Assembly: GCF_018350175.1 (NCBI RefSeq)
Contig: NC_058373.1
Location: 108,874,001-108,938,000 of the forward strand
Direction of reading: 5' to 3'
Source: Felis catus
Taxonomy: Eukaryota
DNA length: 64,000 nt
In this document: piece by piece, positions 24,022 to 35,557 of the stretch
How positions within the stretch are numbered: position 1 is the stretch's first letter
Layout of the letters: every line of letters begins with the position of its first letter
Position numbers and translations under genes: made by a program
Notes under the pieces: model-generated
What the model saw: only the letters and a program-made list of their open reading frames with translations
Databases searched by the model: none
What the model was told of the DNA's origin: nothing

Positions 24022-25360
24022 TTTTTTTTAAGTTTGTTTGTTTGTTTGTTTAAGGAAAGGCATATTCAGCTGGTACAAATGATTAAGTATATTTCAAATG
24101 CTAAACAGTAAGCATCTTTTGGTAAGTGACCAAATAGGTGGACTATAACTGAGACATAGAAATGATAGTTATGTCAAGCTTGTGACCTGGTAAAACTGGG
24201 CTTTTCAGTACTCCTGTGGACACTTCATTACACTCACCAAGCCACCATGTTTGCTAACACAACAACCAATTAGGTCTGGTCTCAAATTCCACTTCTAGGA
24301 CAATAGCATCAGGAATTCCAGTTTTCATGAATACAACAACAGTTTCTCTAGCCACTGGAATTTGGAAACACATCCACATTTTAAGACAATACTTCTCAAA
24401 ATACAGAAGTTGCTTGCTATTGAAAAGCTGCACACCACTTCTGTCTTACGAACTGTACTGCATTTTCATGTTTCATTCCACCTTCAGTTAGTGTTAGAAA
24501 GACAAGCACTGGAACTCTGCCAAGACCTACAACTCAGTAGTAACTTACATAACAACCAGGTTTTCTACAAAACAAATTTTTTTTTCACAAGACTTAACCA
24601 GTAATCAACAATCTGTTTGGATGGTGGTGCACTGGCATCAAAAGGCCAATTGTGAAAATGAATGCCTTCTATTTTCCACAAGAATGGTGCTGTACTCCTT
24701 ACTTCTTAAGTTGGTCTATAAATTTGTTTAAGGTTGCACTGGTTAGGTTGTATAAGAAATCTCACTTTCTGGTATGTGACTTCCACAGGCCTGGGCAGTT
24801 TCCTTGAACCATGTGAATTTAGTTAAAAACAACCAATAGCATTATGGAAGAATTTTAAGAAGTGAATACAGAAATGATGTGAGGGCCCTGGTCTGTTTGA
24901 ATATACGCCACTTGAAATTCTCAGCGCTTTGAGTGTGAAGCTGGAAGTAATAGGGAGTGAAATGAACTTCCTAACAAGAAACAGCAATCCTTCAGTCCCG
25001 TAAAACTGAAGCAATAGATAGGAAGCATCTAGATAGGTTTAGCCCCCCTAGGTCACAACTCTTGGCAAATGTTCTGCTCTTATGGGGGCATCTTAGTGGA
25101 GTAGTGATAAATTTCTTCAGTTCCCTTGTCTACACGGAGGTCATGTGTGCCTGACAATTATCTCTACTGCCCTTCAGAAACTCCATAAGTGTGACCAAGA
25201 AAGGAATATGTTACTCATTGAAGACTGTGGTCTAATCATATAGCTGGACCCTGGGTGACAGGGACACAGGTGGTGGCAGGGCACCAGGCTCCACCAGGCA
25301 GTGAGTGTCTCCAAGGAGAGCTTGGTGACAGTTGGCCCATAGCATAGAGAGCCAATATGT
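24022..25360 (-). pseudogene. PTP4A1: Processed pseudogene of PTP4A1 (PRL-1 phosphatase): long 5'UTR, disrupted CDS ~24812-24324, partial 3'UTR, poly(A) relic
   Basis: Minus-strand segments translate to [96 protein letters not shown] and terminal CCIH (parent CCIQ CAAX box). Intronless, with stops, frameshifts and a ~30 nt deletion; T-rich tract at 24022-24052. Confidence 0.95.
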
Positions 25361-26608
25361 ATGCCAAGGCCCAATGGTTATCTTGTTTTCAAAGAAGGAA
25401 AATAGGGAAAATTAAGGAATTGTAAACCACATTAATGGAGAAAAATTTTATGAAAAGAACCTACTTAATTAAAAAAAAGACTTATAGAGAGAGGCAGAAT
25501 TTTTGTGTGTGTTTTTGCAGGGAGAAGTATATGGATATACGTGCAGTTGGGCAGGGGTGTCTTTTCATGATTTTTCAGGATTACTATAGTCTCTGTTTCC
25601 AAGGGGTAGACCAGAATTTCTTGGTTATGACCTCTTCACTAACTTCCCTTACTTTCAGAATAAAATTCAGGATTTTCACCGTGTCTTACATGGCCTGGCT
25701 ACTGCCTGTCTTTCCATCTTCGTCTGCCATTCATCCTCTCCAAATTCATTCTGTCCTCTAGCAATTTCAAGATGTGTGCTTTCCTACTTCTTTATTTAAA
25801 AAAAAAATAACTGGTAAGAGTTAAAGCCTAGATTCTCTTGAGAGTCCAAACTCTTTCCAACTTATCTAGCTTCCTTCTTGCTAATTGAAATCTGATTACA
25901 GTATATGGGTAGCTTTAGAGGCCATCTTAAAGTGATATACCCACCTCTTTGTACCATCAGTACATAAAAATAGGGTAGAATATGCCTTTAACTTGGGAGC
26001 CATCTGCCTCACTTACTGACTCCCAAGAGAGAATGTCAGTTCCCATGCCACTGTGTGGCCTTTCCAATTCAGGGATTATCGAGCTCCTGCTGATGACTTC
26101 TGCTCCAAAGGCTGCTTTTAGCAACTCAGAGGCCTCAAGTTGATGGAATCTGTATTTTTAAAAATGCTGCATTCCCTCTATTCTAAAAATAGCTCCTGAT
26201 GGTTCTCATCATCTAAAAGCCCCTTGGATAAATTAACCCAGATGTACATCTTTGAATTTATAGGATCTGGCTAGGAAATTTTCACATGGGTATAAAATTC
26301 CGAGATTGAAGATGAATGAGATGACTTGTATAATATTTTGTGCTCTGTGGACATAACCTGCTATATACATCTAAAGCACAGTAGAATGATAGTAGAAAAA
26401 AATGGACAGAACTACCAGTCAAACAGGAAGGCAAGTATCCTCACTAGCTTACAGTCAGGTTGGTAAGAGACAGCTGTGAATTTTGATGTTAAAGGACCCA
26501 TGATCTGGATGAATGTTTCCCACGCTTTTCCCTTTGTTGTTTTTTCCATGGACTTTCTGTCTATTCTGTAAGTTTAATTGAGAAAAGAAGAAGACTGGGT
26601 GGGGGGTG

Positions 26609-26800
26609 GTGGTACCTGGGTGGCTCAGTTGGTAAAACGTCTGAGTCTTGATTTCAGTTCAGGCCATGATCTCACGGTCTGTGAGTTTGAGCCCAGTGTG
26701 GGACTCTGCACTGATGGTGCAGAACCTGCTTGGGATTCTGTCTCTCCCTCTCTCTGCGTGTTCCCCCTCTCTCAAACTAAATACATAAATTTTAAAAAAT
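26609..26800 (+). mobile_element. Older Can-SINE
   Basis: 'ggtacctgggtggctcagttggtaaaacg...ttgatttcagttcaggccatgatctcacgg'. Confidence 0.93.
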
Positions 26801-27924
26801 AGAAGAAGAAGAAAAAACTAAGTTTTTCTATGTGTTAGTGTCATAGAGTTTTCTAAACTAGCAAGAAAGTCAAGGGATTATAAATAAACCTTCTTCTTTC
26901 ACAACTTTTTTTTCTTCCTCCTTCTCTCCTTATCTTCCTCTTCTTCAAGTAATATTTAGATTCTCTGGTAGAATTCAAGGGCCCTGCTTCACTCTCATCC
27001 CACTCCAGATACCCTTTCTGCCCAAGGGTAAACAACTAAGGTGGGAAGGGTTCTGGAAATCCTCCTCCTTCCTGCTGCCTCAGACTAACCTCACAAATGT
27101 CACCCTTACCCTCATTTTGTGGGCTACACACCCCCTCCACTTTTCCGTTAAATTCAGTACACCGAGTCTTTGCAGCTCTTGCTAAAGCAATGCCATCAGG
27201 AATGCTTCTCTCTTGCCTCGTCCCATTTGTCCCTCAGGGATGCAGACCAACACCACTGCTCCTATCTATCACTCCATTTAAAAATGAGGTAGGTATGTTT
27301 TAGGAAATATGATTACCACACCATTGTAGCCTAGAAGCATATATATCCCACTTCCCCAGGGAGATCGTGGCCACTCTCTCCACAACCTCTCCAGAGCTGT
27401 ATCTCCTTTATCTCTTCAGGCTCTGAGACACCTGTCTGATATCTTTTGTTCTAGGGAGGAGGATGTAGAGATAGGGGCCATTTGGAACTATTGAGGTTTG
27501 GGGATCCTAATCTTCACAATCGATAAACTGGAAATTTTGCAAACAAACAGACAAGCAAAACCACTTCTGTATGACTATTTTTCACTTCTCAGGATTTCAG
27601 TTCTAGTGTAATTAAAACTCAGGGCACTGCTGTTGGGATACCACTGGTAAATATTTTAATGTCTTTTCCATTAAAAACCTCCAAATTACTATCTCTAAGA
27701 CCTGGAAACTGAGTCAGATATTAACATATTCAAATGAAGAGGTCAGAAAGAAATTCACTGTTTTCATGAAGAATTACATGCATTTAAAAATATCTATGGT
27801 CTGAATATTTCTACAGAGGTATGAAAAGAACTTACAGCATCTCATGAAAACACAGTAGGGGGAAATCACATAAAGTTTCAGTGAGCAATGATAAATGAAA
27901 AATAATTAGATAAAGTTAGCATTT

Positions 27925-28151
27925 ATTTTTTTTTAATTTTTTTATTAACATTTATTTATTATTGAGAGACAGAGAGAGACAGAGCATGAGCATGGGAGGG
28001 GCAGAGAGAGAGGGAGACACAGAATCTGAAGCAGGCTCCAGGCTCCAAGCTGTCAGCACAGAGCCTGACACGGGGCTCAAACTCACCAACTGCGAGATCA
28101 TGACCTGAGCCAAAGTCAGACATTCAACCGACTGAGCCACCCAGATGCCCC
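27925..28151 (-). mobile_element. Can-SINE
   Basis: Perfect TSD taaagttagcattt at 27911-27924 and 28152-28165. Confidence 0.97.
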
Positions 28152-29151
28152 TAAAGTTAGCATTTCTAATTTAAAATATATATTATGTAATTGATAGTCA
28201 CTTAATGGGCTGTTATACTGTGCTTTAGTAGGCAAGAAATAAATGGACATTATTTGATCTGTGACTATATTTATTGCCATGCAACAAATCATCCCAAGAC
28301 TTTGTGGTTTGAAACATCAGCAATCATGCCATCATCATCTCTTATGGTCTCTGGGTTTAGAACTTTGGGAGAAACTGGACTGGATGCCAGTACAGGGTCT
28401 CTCGTGTAGTAGCTGTCAGACCAAAGTTGGAAATGGAATGGTGGAGAGTTAGAACATCTAGAGACTTGGCAAGGCCTCTCTCCATCAGCAGTGTGGTCCC
28501 AGACCTTCTCCGTGTTGTCTGGTTGTGTGAGTTAATTGAAGCTTCCTCACAGCTTTGGTAAGCTTAGGGCAGTTGGACTGCTCACATGGTAGCCCCAGGA
28601 TCTGGTGTGAAAGTACTGGTGAACAAGCAGAAGCCTTCTATGAACTAGCCATGGTAGTTACATAACATTACTTCTTTCCTATCACACCGCTTCCAAGATT
28701 TAAAGGGAAGGATTATAGATCCCATTTCTCAGTGGGAGCAGTGTTAAATAATATGGGATCATATTTTAAAATCTCTACTTCTGTACTTTGGCCAAAAATT
28801 ATTTGCATTAATCCCACATTCAAGCTATAGTCACTTTCTCCTAATAGTTCCCACAAATTTGATCTCATTATAGCATCAGGCTCAGGCTTGAAGCCCAGCA
28901 ACTCATTACAGATGGGCATGAGGTTCCCTGGGCTAGTTTCCTTGGATCACATCTCCTCAAGCATCATCCGTCTCCATTTTAAGATGTGCAAATTAAGATT
29001 ACAAAATATTTGCCTTCCATGCACTCAATATACAATGGCGGGGTAGGCATAGGATAGGCATACACCTATTCAAAAGGGGAAGGGGCACAAACCATTCAAA
29101 AGAGATGGTGGTGGAAATGGGAGGCACAAAGGTTACTGATATATAGCCCAA

Positions 29152-29285
29152 TTTTTTTCTAATTGAAGTATAGTTGACACACAGTGTTACATACATTAAT
29201 TTCAGATGTACAACAAAGTAATTTAACAAGTCTCTATGTTGTGCTGTGGTCACCACAAGTGTAGCTACCATCTGAAACACTGCAA
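29152..29285 (-). mobile_element. Short L1 3' end inserted in MaLR internal region
   Basis: 'ttctaattgaagtatagttgacacacagtgttac...cagatgtacaacaaagtaatt...gtgtagctaccatctg'. Confidence 0.8.
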
Positions 29286-29885
29286 TGTTTCAGTTGCAGG
29301 CACATGTTTCCAGTTCCTTGATTAGGAGCCAGTTCTCACTGGATTTAGTCTCCAGAGTTCTTCCATCGTGTGGGATCATGGTTCCATTACTAAGTTATCC
29401 TTCCTTTCCCATAAAGAAAGGAGACTGTGTATGCAACTGAGGCATTTTCTCAGACTCTCTCCTGCCTGTAGGGATGCAGAGATCCAAATACTATTTTGCC
29501 TTGTCTTTGTTCTATTCTGTCCGCACTGATACAATTACTTTAAAAATGATATGGGCTTTCTGTGTATCAATTGATTATCGAGCTCATTAGACAGAGATCA
29601 AACCCACAAATCTTTTTGAGATAACCTCTTTTACCTTGTGTTCCCTTTGCAGCTTTTATGGGAAATGCTCCTAAGATTCATGGGGACCTATTGTTTAACA
29701 GGAGGGAGGGGGTGGGGTATCTGCCAGGCATGCTCTTAAAATATTCAGAAGTCTTTTTTTTTTTTTTTTGTCTGTTTGAAAGGATCTATGCAGCACGAAG
29801 TTATGTTTTTCTGAGGTCTTAACAAGGAATCTTATAGGCCCACCCTGGATTTGGTCTTTGCCCTGAAGCCATTTCTTAATTAGAA

Positions 29886-29958
29886 TTATTTTATTTTATT
29901 TTATTTTATTTTATTTTATTTTATTTTATTTCATTTCATTTCATTTTATTTTATTTTG
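29886..29958. repeat. (TTTTA)n/(TTTCA)n microsatellite
   Basis: Direct inspection. Confidence 0.95.
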
Positions 29959-30461
29959 TTATTTTTGCGATTTGAAGAAACTGGGAATATGAAATGACCT
30001 TATTTTAGAACCCAGCAAGCCCTGGATCCTTTATGTTTTCTCCAAATTTTACTAGAAAATCAAACATTTCCCTTTTGTATTTCATATGTCTATGCCTCTA
30101 ACCAACCGTACGTTGTTAAAAGAGCTTGTACTTCCAGTGTTTTGCCCCCAAACTGTAGCCAGTTCCATCAGTTCATAAGGTACATTTTCTGTTTTCAGTA
30201 TTACCACAATTAACAGCTATTAAGCATTCTACCATTTCATGAAATGAATCTCTTCCTCCAGCTTCAAAAAACAATTTTCTCAATTCCCGCTCAGCCCTCA
30301 TGAACAACCTCCTTGAGGGCTGTCCAACTTCCATATTTACAATCTCAAGTCTCCTCATCCTCTGCCCATTACTTAAGCCAAAGCCAATGTCAGCTGTTTT
30401 ATTTTTATTTTGTGTGTGTGTATTGGAACTCTTTCATGTTAAGGAAAATAATTTGAAAACA

Positions 30462-30650
30462 ATTTTAAGGGTAGTTGAGGCACAATGTTACATTAGTTTT
30501 GGGTGTACAACATAGTGACTCAACTTTCCTACATGTTATGCTCATCACAGGTGTAGCTACCGTCTGCCACCATGCAAAGCTATTCCAGTACCAATGACTA
30601 TATTCCTGTGCTCTGCCTTTTATCCCTGTGACTTGTTCATTCCATAACTC
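30462..30650 (-). mobile_element. Short L1 3' end inserted in MaLR internal region
   Basis: 'caatgttacattagttttgggtgtacaacatagtgactc...gtgtagctaccgtctgccaccat'. Confidence 0.8.
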
Positions 30651-31602
30651 CAATCCATTTTAGGTTTGTGATACAGATTCAGTCCACTTCAGGATTCCAG
30701 ATTTTGTTCTGATTCTGTTACTGTGCGAAAAATTAACTCAAAACTTAATGGCTTCATACAGCAATCATTGTGTCATCTCTCACCATTTCTGTGGGTCAGG
30801 AATTCTCATAGGATGTGCAGAACAGTTCTGCCATGGTGTCTTCAGGAAGGTGCATTTGGCTGGTGGCTGGAGCTGGAAGAGCAGGGAGCTTGGGCAGCTG
30901 GCAGCCTGCCAGGCCTCTCTCATGCACTCTCAGGTCTTGTCCCTATGGTTTCGCATATGGGCTATTAGTTCTCCTCAGAGCATGGCAGCCTCAGGGCTCT
31001 CGTACAAGCACTCCAGTGAGCAACACAATAAATATCTGTATTTCCTTTTGTGACCTAGCCTCAGAAGTCACTTAATATCATTTCCCTGTAGTAGCAAATT
31101 CTGCCAAATTAAGGGAAGAGGACATAGATGGACCCTCCCTCTCTATGAATTTGGGACTGTTCTAAAACTGCCATTATGACTTTGGCTTATTTTAATCATA
31201 CTTTTAAAATAAGGTCTTAAGCTTCTTAACCATGAAGTCTATGTCTCCCACAAAAATTTTTCAGGAACCCAATTCACCTGGGGATGAAAGTACTGTGGCA
31301 CTAATTTGAATAGTCATATTGTGGCATTATTAACTACCAGATAACATAGTAGTAGGGTATCTTAACCACCTCCTTTTTGGCCTTCCTGCTCTCCTAAAAC
31401 AACGGCTTGAGTCAGATAGACTCTAAACATCCAGCTTCCCTGTACATGAAATCTTTCTTTTCTGCTCAGTTAGTCCCTATTTCTGGCCATTGCCTCTTAA
31501 AATGAGATATTTTAAATCAATTACACTAAATGATATGATCTTTGAGCAACCTGACCTGCTCTGAAGAGTGTTTTCATTACATAATTGACTTCCTTGCCCC
31601 TA

Positions 31603-31655
31603 TGAAGGACCTAAAATTGAAGACCTAAAATTGAAGGACCTAAAATTGAAGACCT
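31603..31655. repeat. Short tandem repeat with alternating 15/14-bp units
   Basis: tgaaggacctaaaat-tgaagacctaaaat-tgaaggacctaaaat-tgaagacct. Confidence 0.95.
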
Positions 31656-31919
31656 GTCATTCAGTGCAAATACTCATTGGAGTAATCTTTTCATTATAAC
31701 AGGTGAAAGGGGACATTATGGCTGCTTGACAGGCTATAAATGCAATCCTGATGACCATGAAATTCCCATAATCTTGGTCTTATATCTGCTATGGAAATAC
31801 AAAACATCAACATGCAAATAAAAGGGTTTATCACAACACTCTTGTCATTAAGACAAAACTTTGTGTTTTTTAATTCCAGTCATTCTTATTTGAAAAGCTG
31901 ACCAGGGTTTTAAGGTTTT

Positions 31920-32139
31920 GTGGGTTTTTTTATTTTTTTAATGTTTATTTGTTTTTGAGAGAGAGAGACAAAGTGTGAGCAAGGGAGGAGCAGAGAGAGA
32001 GGGAGACACAGAATCTGAAGCAAGCTCCAGGCTCTGAGCTGTCAGCACAGAGCCCAATGTGGGGCTTGAACTCGTGAACCATGAGATTATGACCTGAGCT
32101 GAAGTCGGATGCTTAACCGACTGAGCCACCCAGGCACCC
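31920..32139 (-). mobile_element. Can-SINE
   Basis: Full antisense SINE; degenerate TSD cagggttttaaggtttt / cagggtttcaagttttt. Confidence 0.96.
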
Positions 32140-32344
32140 CAGGGTTTCAAGTTTTTATATGAAAATAAAGCACTTAAATAGTTGAAGTACTTAGTTTTAA
32201 AAAATAGTTTTTAAATGGCATGTCATTACATAAAATTCTTGGGATAAATGGGTATTTCAACTTAATTTTACTGCCTTTCATCCATCACAATCATTTTGGT
32301 ATCATAACAGGTGCACAGACTATGAATTTAAAGTGAAAATTCTT

Positions 32345-32459
32345 GGGGGGCCTGGGTGGCTCAGTCGGTTAAGCGACCGACTTCGTCTCAGGTCATGATC
32401 TCGTGTTTGTGAGTTCGAGCCCTGCATCGGGCTCTGTGCTGACAGCTGCAGATTCTGTG
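32345..32459 (+). mobile_element. 3'-truncated, internally deleted Can-SINE
   Basis: Intact head and B-box, then 'gctgacagct' joins 'gcagattctgtg'; no CT linker or A tail. Confidence 0.9.
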
Positions 32460-33030
32460 CATCCTCATCAGATGCACAAGGTTGTATAGCCTAGCCTCTT
32501 ATCTCAGTATTTTATATTAGCAAATAAAAGCCATTGATGAATCTTAATAGGCATAATTAATTACATAAAGGATAAAACATAAAGAAAATACATTGCTATT
32601 ACCAGCTTCTCTTAGCTTTATGTCCTATTTTGTTAACCAGAGCACCACTTGGCACAGTTGTCTTTCCTCTTTACCCTAAACCCAGGTTAACTAAAGTAAG
32701 TCTGTGAAAAGAGGCAGTTTCTACCTAGAAAATGAGGCAGAAACTTAACAGAAGTTAGGTGCTTCTTCTACGACGTAAAAAGGGACCAATATATACAGAC
32801 TATGATCTCATTCATTCATTCATTCAGCAAACATTACATATTATAAATCATGTGTCTTACAGAGAGGACCTTCTCTATATGGTTATCCTAATTTGTAACA
32901 AGTACAAAGATCTTACTTATTTCCTTTGTTCAGGACAAATGAGAGATTGGACAAGCTGTGGATTTTGATTGACTTGCAGAAAATACTGGAATAAAAACTC
33001 AGGAAGAATGAGTGCTCTTCCCCCCCCCCA

Positions 33031-33109
33031 AGTTTTTATTTAAATTCTAGTTAGTTAACTTATAGTGTAGTATTGGTTGCAGGAATAGGATTTAGTGACT
33101 CATCACTTA
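33031..33109 (-). mobile_element. Very short carnivore L1 3' end
   Basis: 'tttttatttaaattctagttagttaacttatagtgtagtattggttgcaggaatag'. Confidence 0.8.
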
Positions 33110-33599
33110 AGAATAGCTGTCTTTTAACATCAGAAATCAAAACCTGAATGTAATTGGTTTAAAGAGTCAAATTTAATATAAGAAGAAAAACATCCTTCAA
33201 TGAAATAATCTTTTGCATTTCCAGACATCCCCATGACTTTTCACTATCTTCTTAAATTTTCTTCAATATTATTTGCATGTGTCAAGGAAATTGTTCATGG
33301 AATTTGTTTGGAAGTTTTAATATTACTTTGAGCCGTTAAAATCTTCAATTAAAGCAATAATTATTCTATTCCTAGATAAAGCAAAGCTCACTGGCAATGC
33401 ACCAATTAGTATGTAGAAGTGGGCTCACGTGTGTCTGTTCACTCACACACATACAATATCTTCCATCTGTATGCTATATACTCTAAAATTTTTTCATGTG
33501 AGTTTTCTCTTTTCTCACAAAGGAATTGGGATGAATACAAATCAAGTATGTATCCTTATTTAAAAAATTAAATCATACCTAAGTTTACCTAATTAGAGA

Positions 33600-34133
33600 G
33601 TATACACATCAGGGTTATATTATAGGAGCAGAACTGCTATGAATGATTTAGAATGAAGAATTTATTTTAGGGTTGGATGCGATACAATTTTTGGAGCTGT
33701 TGGAGCAGCCTATATAAGCCATTGTTTCTGTGTCTAATGTTGAGCCTCAAGTCACTGTAGGTCATCCAGATGAGCATCTGGAAAACTGGATGTGGATGAG
33801 AACAAAGATAACTGCAACCTGAAAGGCTGGAAGAAGACACAGAACGGCAAATGGACCTTAAGATGACAAGCTGGAACTCATGTCTGTCTCTTACTACATC
33901 CAAACTCAATGCCATGTACATGCAGGAGAAAATGGGGTCGTCATGTAGGTGCACATGCAGTTGTGCATGAGCCAAATTGCCTGATTTCCTGCACTAATTC
34001 TCAGAGCTACCTTATTTACATCTTCCAGATCTTGTGCATAATATCTTCTGAGGGCCATGCAAAACCAGAAGCATGTAGAGAAGTTCTAAAAACATGTTTT
34101 AGCGTAGCTAAGTTGACCCAGTACAGAGTCACT
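33600..34133 (-). mobile_element. ERVL LTR (MLT2F-like)
   Basis: 'tcagggttatattataggagcagaactgctatga', 'aagtcactgtaggtca', 'caagctggaactcatgtctgtctct', 'agctaagttgac'. Confidence 0.65.
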
Positions 34134-35279
34134 GTAGAGAGTTATTACAGAATCTGGGTCATCTGAATTAAGTCTTTTCCCATTGTATTTTCCAAGGCTA
34201 GTGTCCAACATTAAGCTCATGTTCAGCATTTGCCATAAAGGAAGCAGAACCTGGAAGACAAAGGACAAAAAAAAAAAATCTGATCCACTGATATGTGATG
34301 ACTTCTATAGTGCTATAATAAAATCAACCACCCTTGCTCAACAAAGTGGAAGATGAATCATATATTTTGGTTTATACACCAGGCACATTTCAATAGAAAG
34401 CCAACCTTTGCTTTGATCCTACCTACCTTTCATCATTTATGCTCCTGTTTTAATAAACTACTCTCTTTAGGCAGTTCTTAGTAAGTAAATATAATCATGG
34501 AAATAGTTGTGATGATTAGAGTAATTGTCTAATTGTCATCATTTACTTTGCTTCAGTGAGAGTAATTATGTCCCTGGGTTGAGCCATCAGATCCCCAAAC
34601 ATAAGAGAAGCCAGTGCTTGGCCAGCGAACAAGGTACAATTAAATATGCAGACCTTTATTCCCTACATTTGTGTTTGCCTAGCCAATCAGCAAGACCTAG
34701 TAAATGGCAAATCTAAATCTATAGGAAACAATAAATTATAAAAATGTCCTCCTCTCACTTCCAAAGCACCATCTCTCCTGGTATTTCTCCATCTCCCACT
34801 TAAGAGGAACCTGGGTCTTAGAAACTATGGGTAAGCCTAAAGGTTGTGTATTCCATTGTCTCTTGGCTGTAGTTTATGGAGCCACCAGAACTATGAAAGA
34901 CAGCCTGTACTGGCAAAAAAAAAAAAAGAAAAAAGAAAACCAGTCAGGCAATTCTTCTCAATGAGTTCAAGGGGTTAGAAAGAAAATGAGAATTCAGGCA
35001 TACAGAAAGAAATAGGGAAAAAACAAGATGAGGAATGGGCATAAAGGTAGAAATGAAAGGTATGTACCAAAAGCTTTCAAGCAAACTTTGTTTTCAAGTG
35101 TGGACAAGAAGAGTCTTTGTGCCATTAACTTTTAGAAGAACTCTGTGGGCCCATTAGGGAGAAATGAGATTCAAACCCTGCAGAGAACTACACCAAGTAC
35201 AAAGGTGGTCATTATTATAGAGAGCTCAGAGTCTGGAGTTAAGATGAGAGAGGGTCAGAATCAGATATTGTAGGAACTG

Positions 35280-35443
35280 GGGCACCTGGATGGCTCAGTC
35301 AGTTAAGTGTCCAACTTCAGTTCAGGTCATGATCTCGCAGTTCGTGAGTTCAAGCACCACATTGGGCTGACACATTGTGCTGACACCTCAGAACTTGGAG
35401 CCTCCTTCAGAATCTGTGTCTGCATCCATCTCTGCCTCTTCCC

Positions 35444-35506
<63 letters not shown>

Positions 35507-35557
35507 CATCTCTATCTCTTTGTCTCTGTCTCTCAAAAATAAATAAGCCTTAAAAAA
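35280..35557 (+). mobile_element. Can-SINE with expanded (CT)n
   Basis: Perfect 15-bp TSD atattgtaggaactg at 35265-35279 and 35558-35572. Confidence 0.97.

Larger units (their letters stand above)
28258..31178 (-). mobile_element. Two-LTR MaLR provirus (old MLT1 family): LTR ~28258-28778, internal ~28780-30700, LTR ~30702-31178
   Basis: Two homologous LTRs in the same orientation (caacaaatcatcccaagactttgtgg / aaaattaactcaaaacttaatgg; ccttctatgaactagcc / ccttttgtgacctagcc; aaagggaagg / aagggaagagg) flank MLT1-int-like sequence. Confidence 0.75.

Noticed and set aside
24362..24604. 80-aa plus-strand ORF
   Set aside because: Antisense frame of the PTP4A1 pseudogene; chance ORF.
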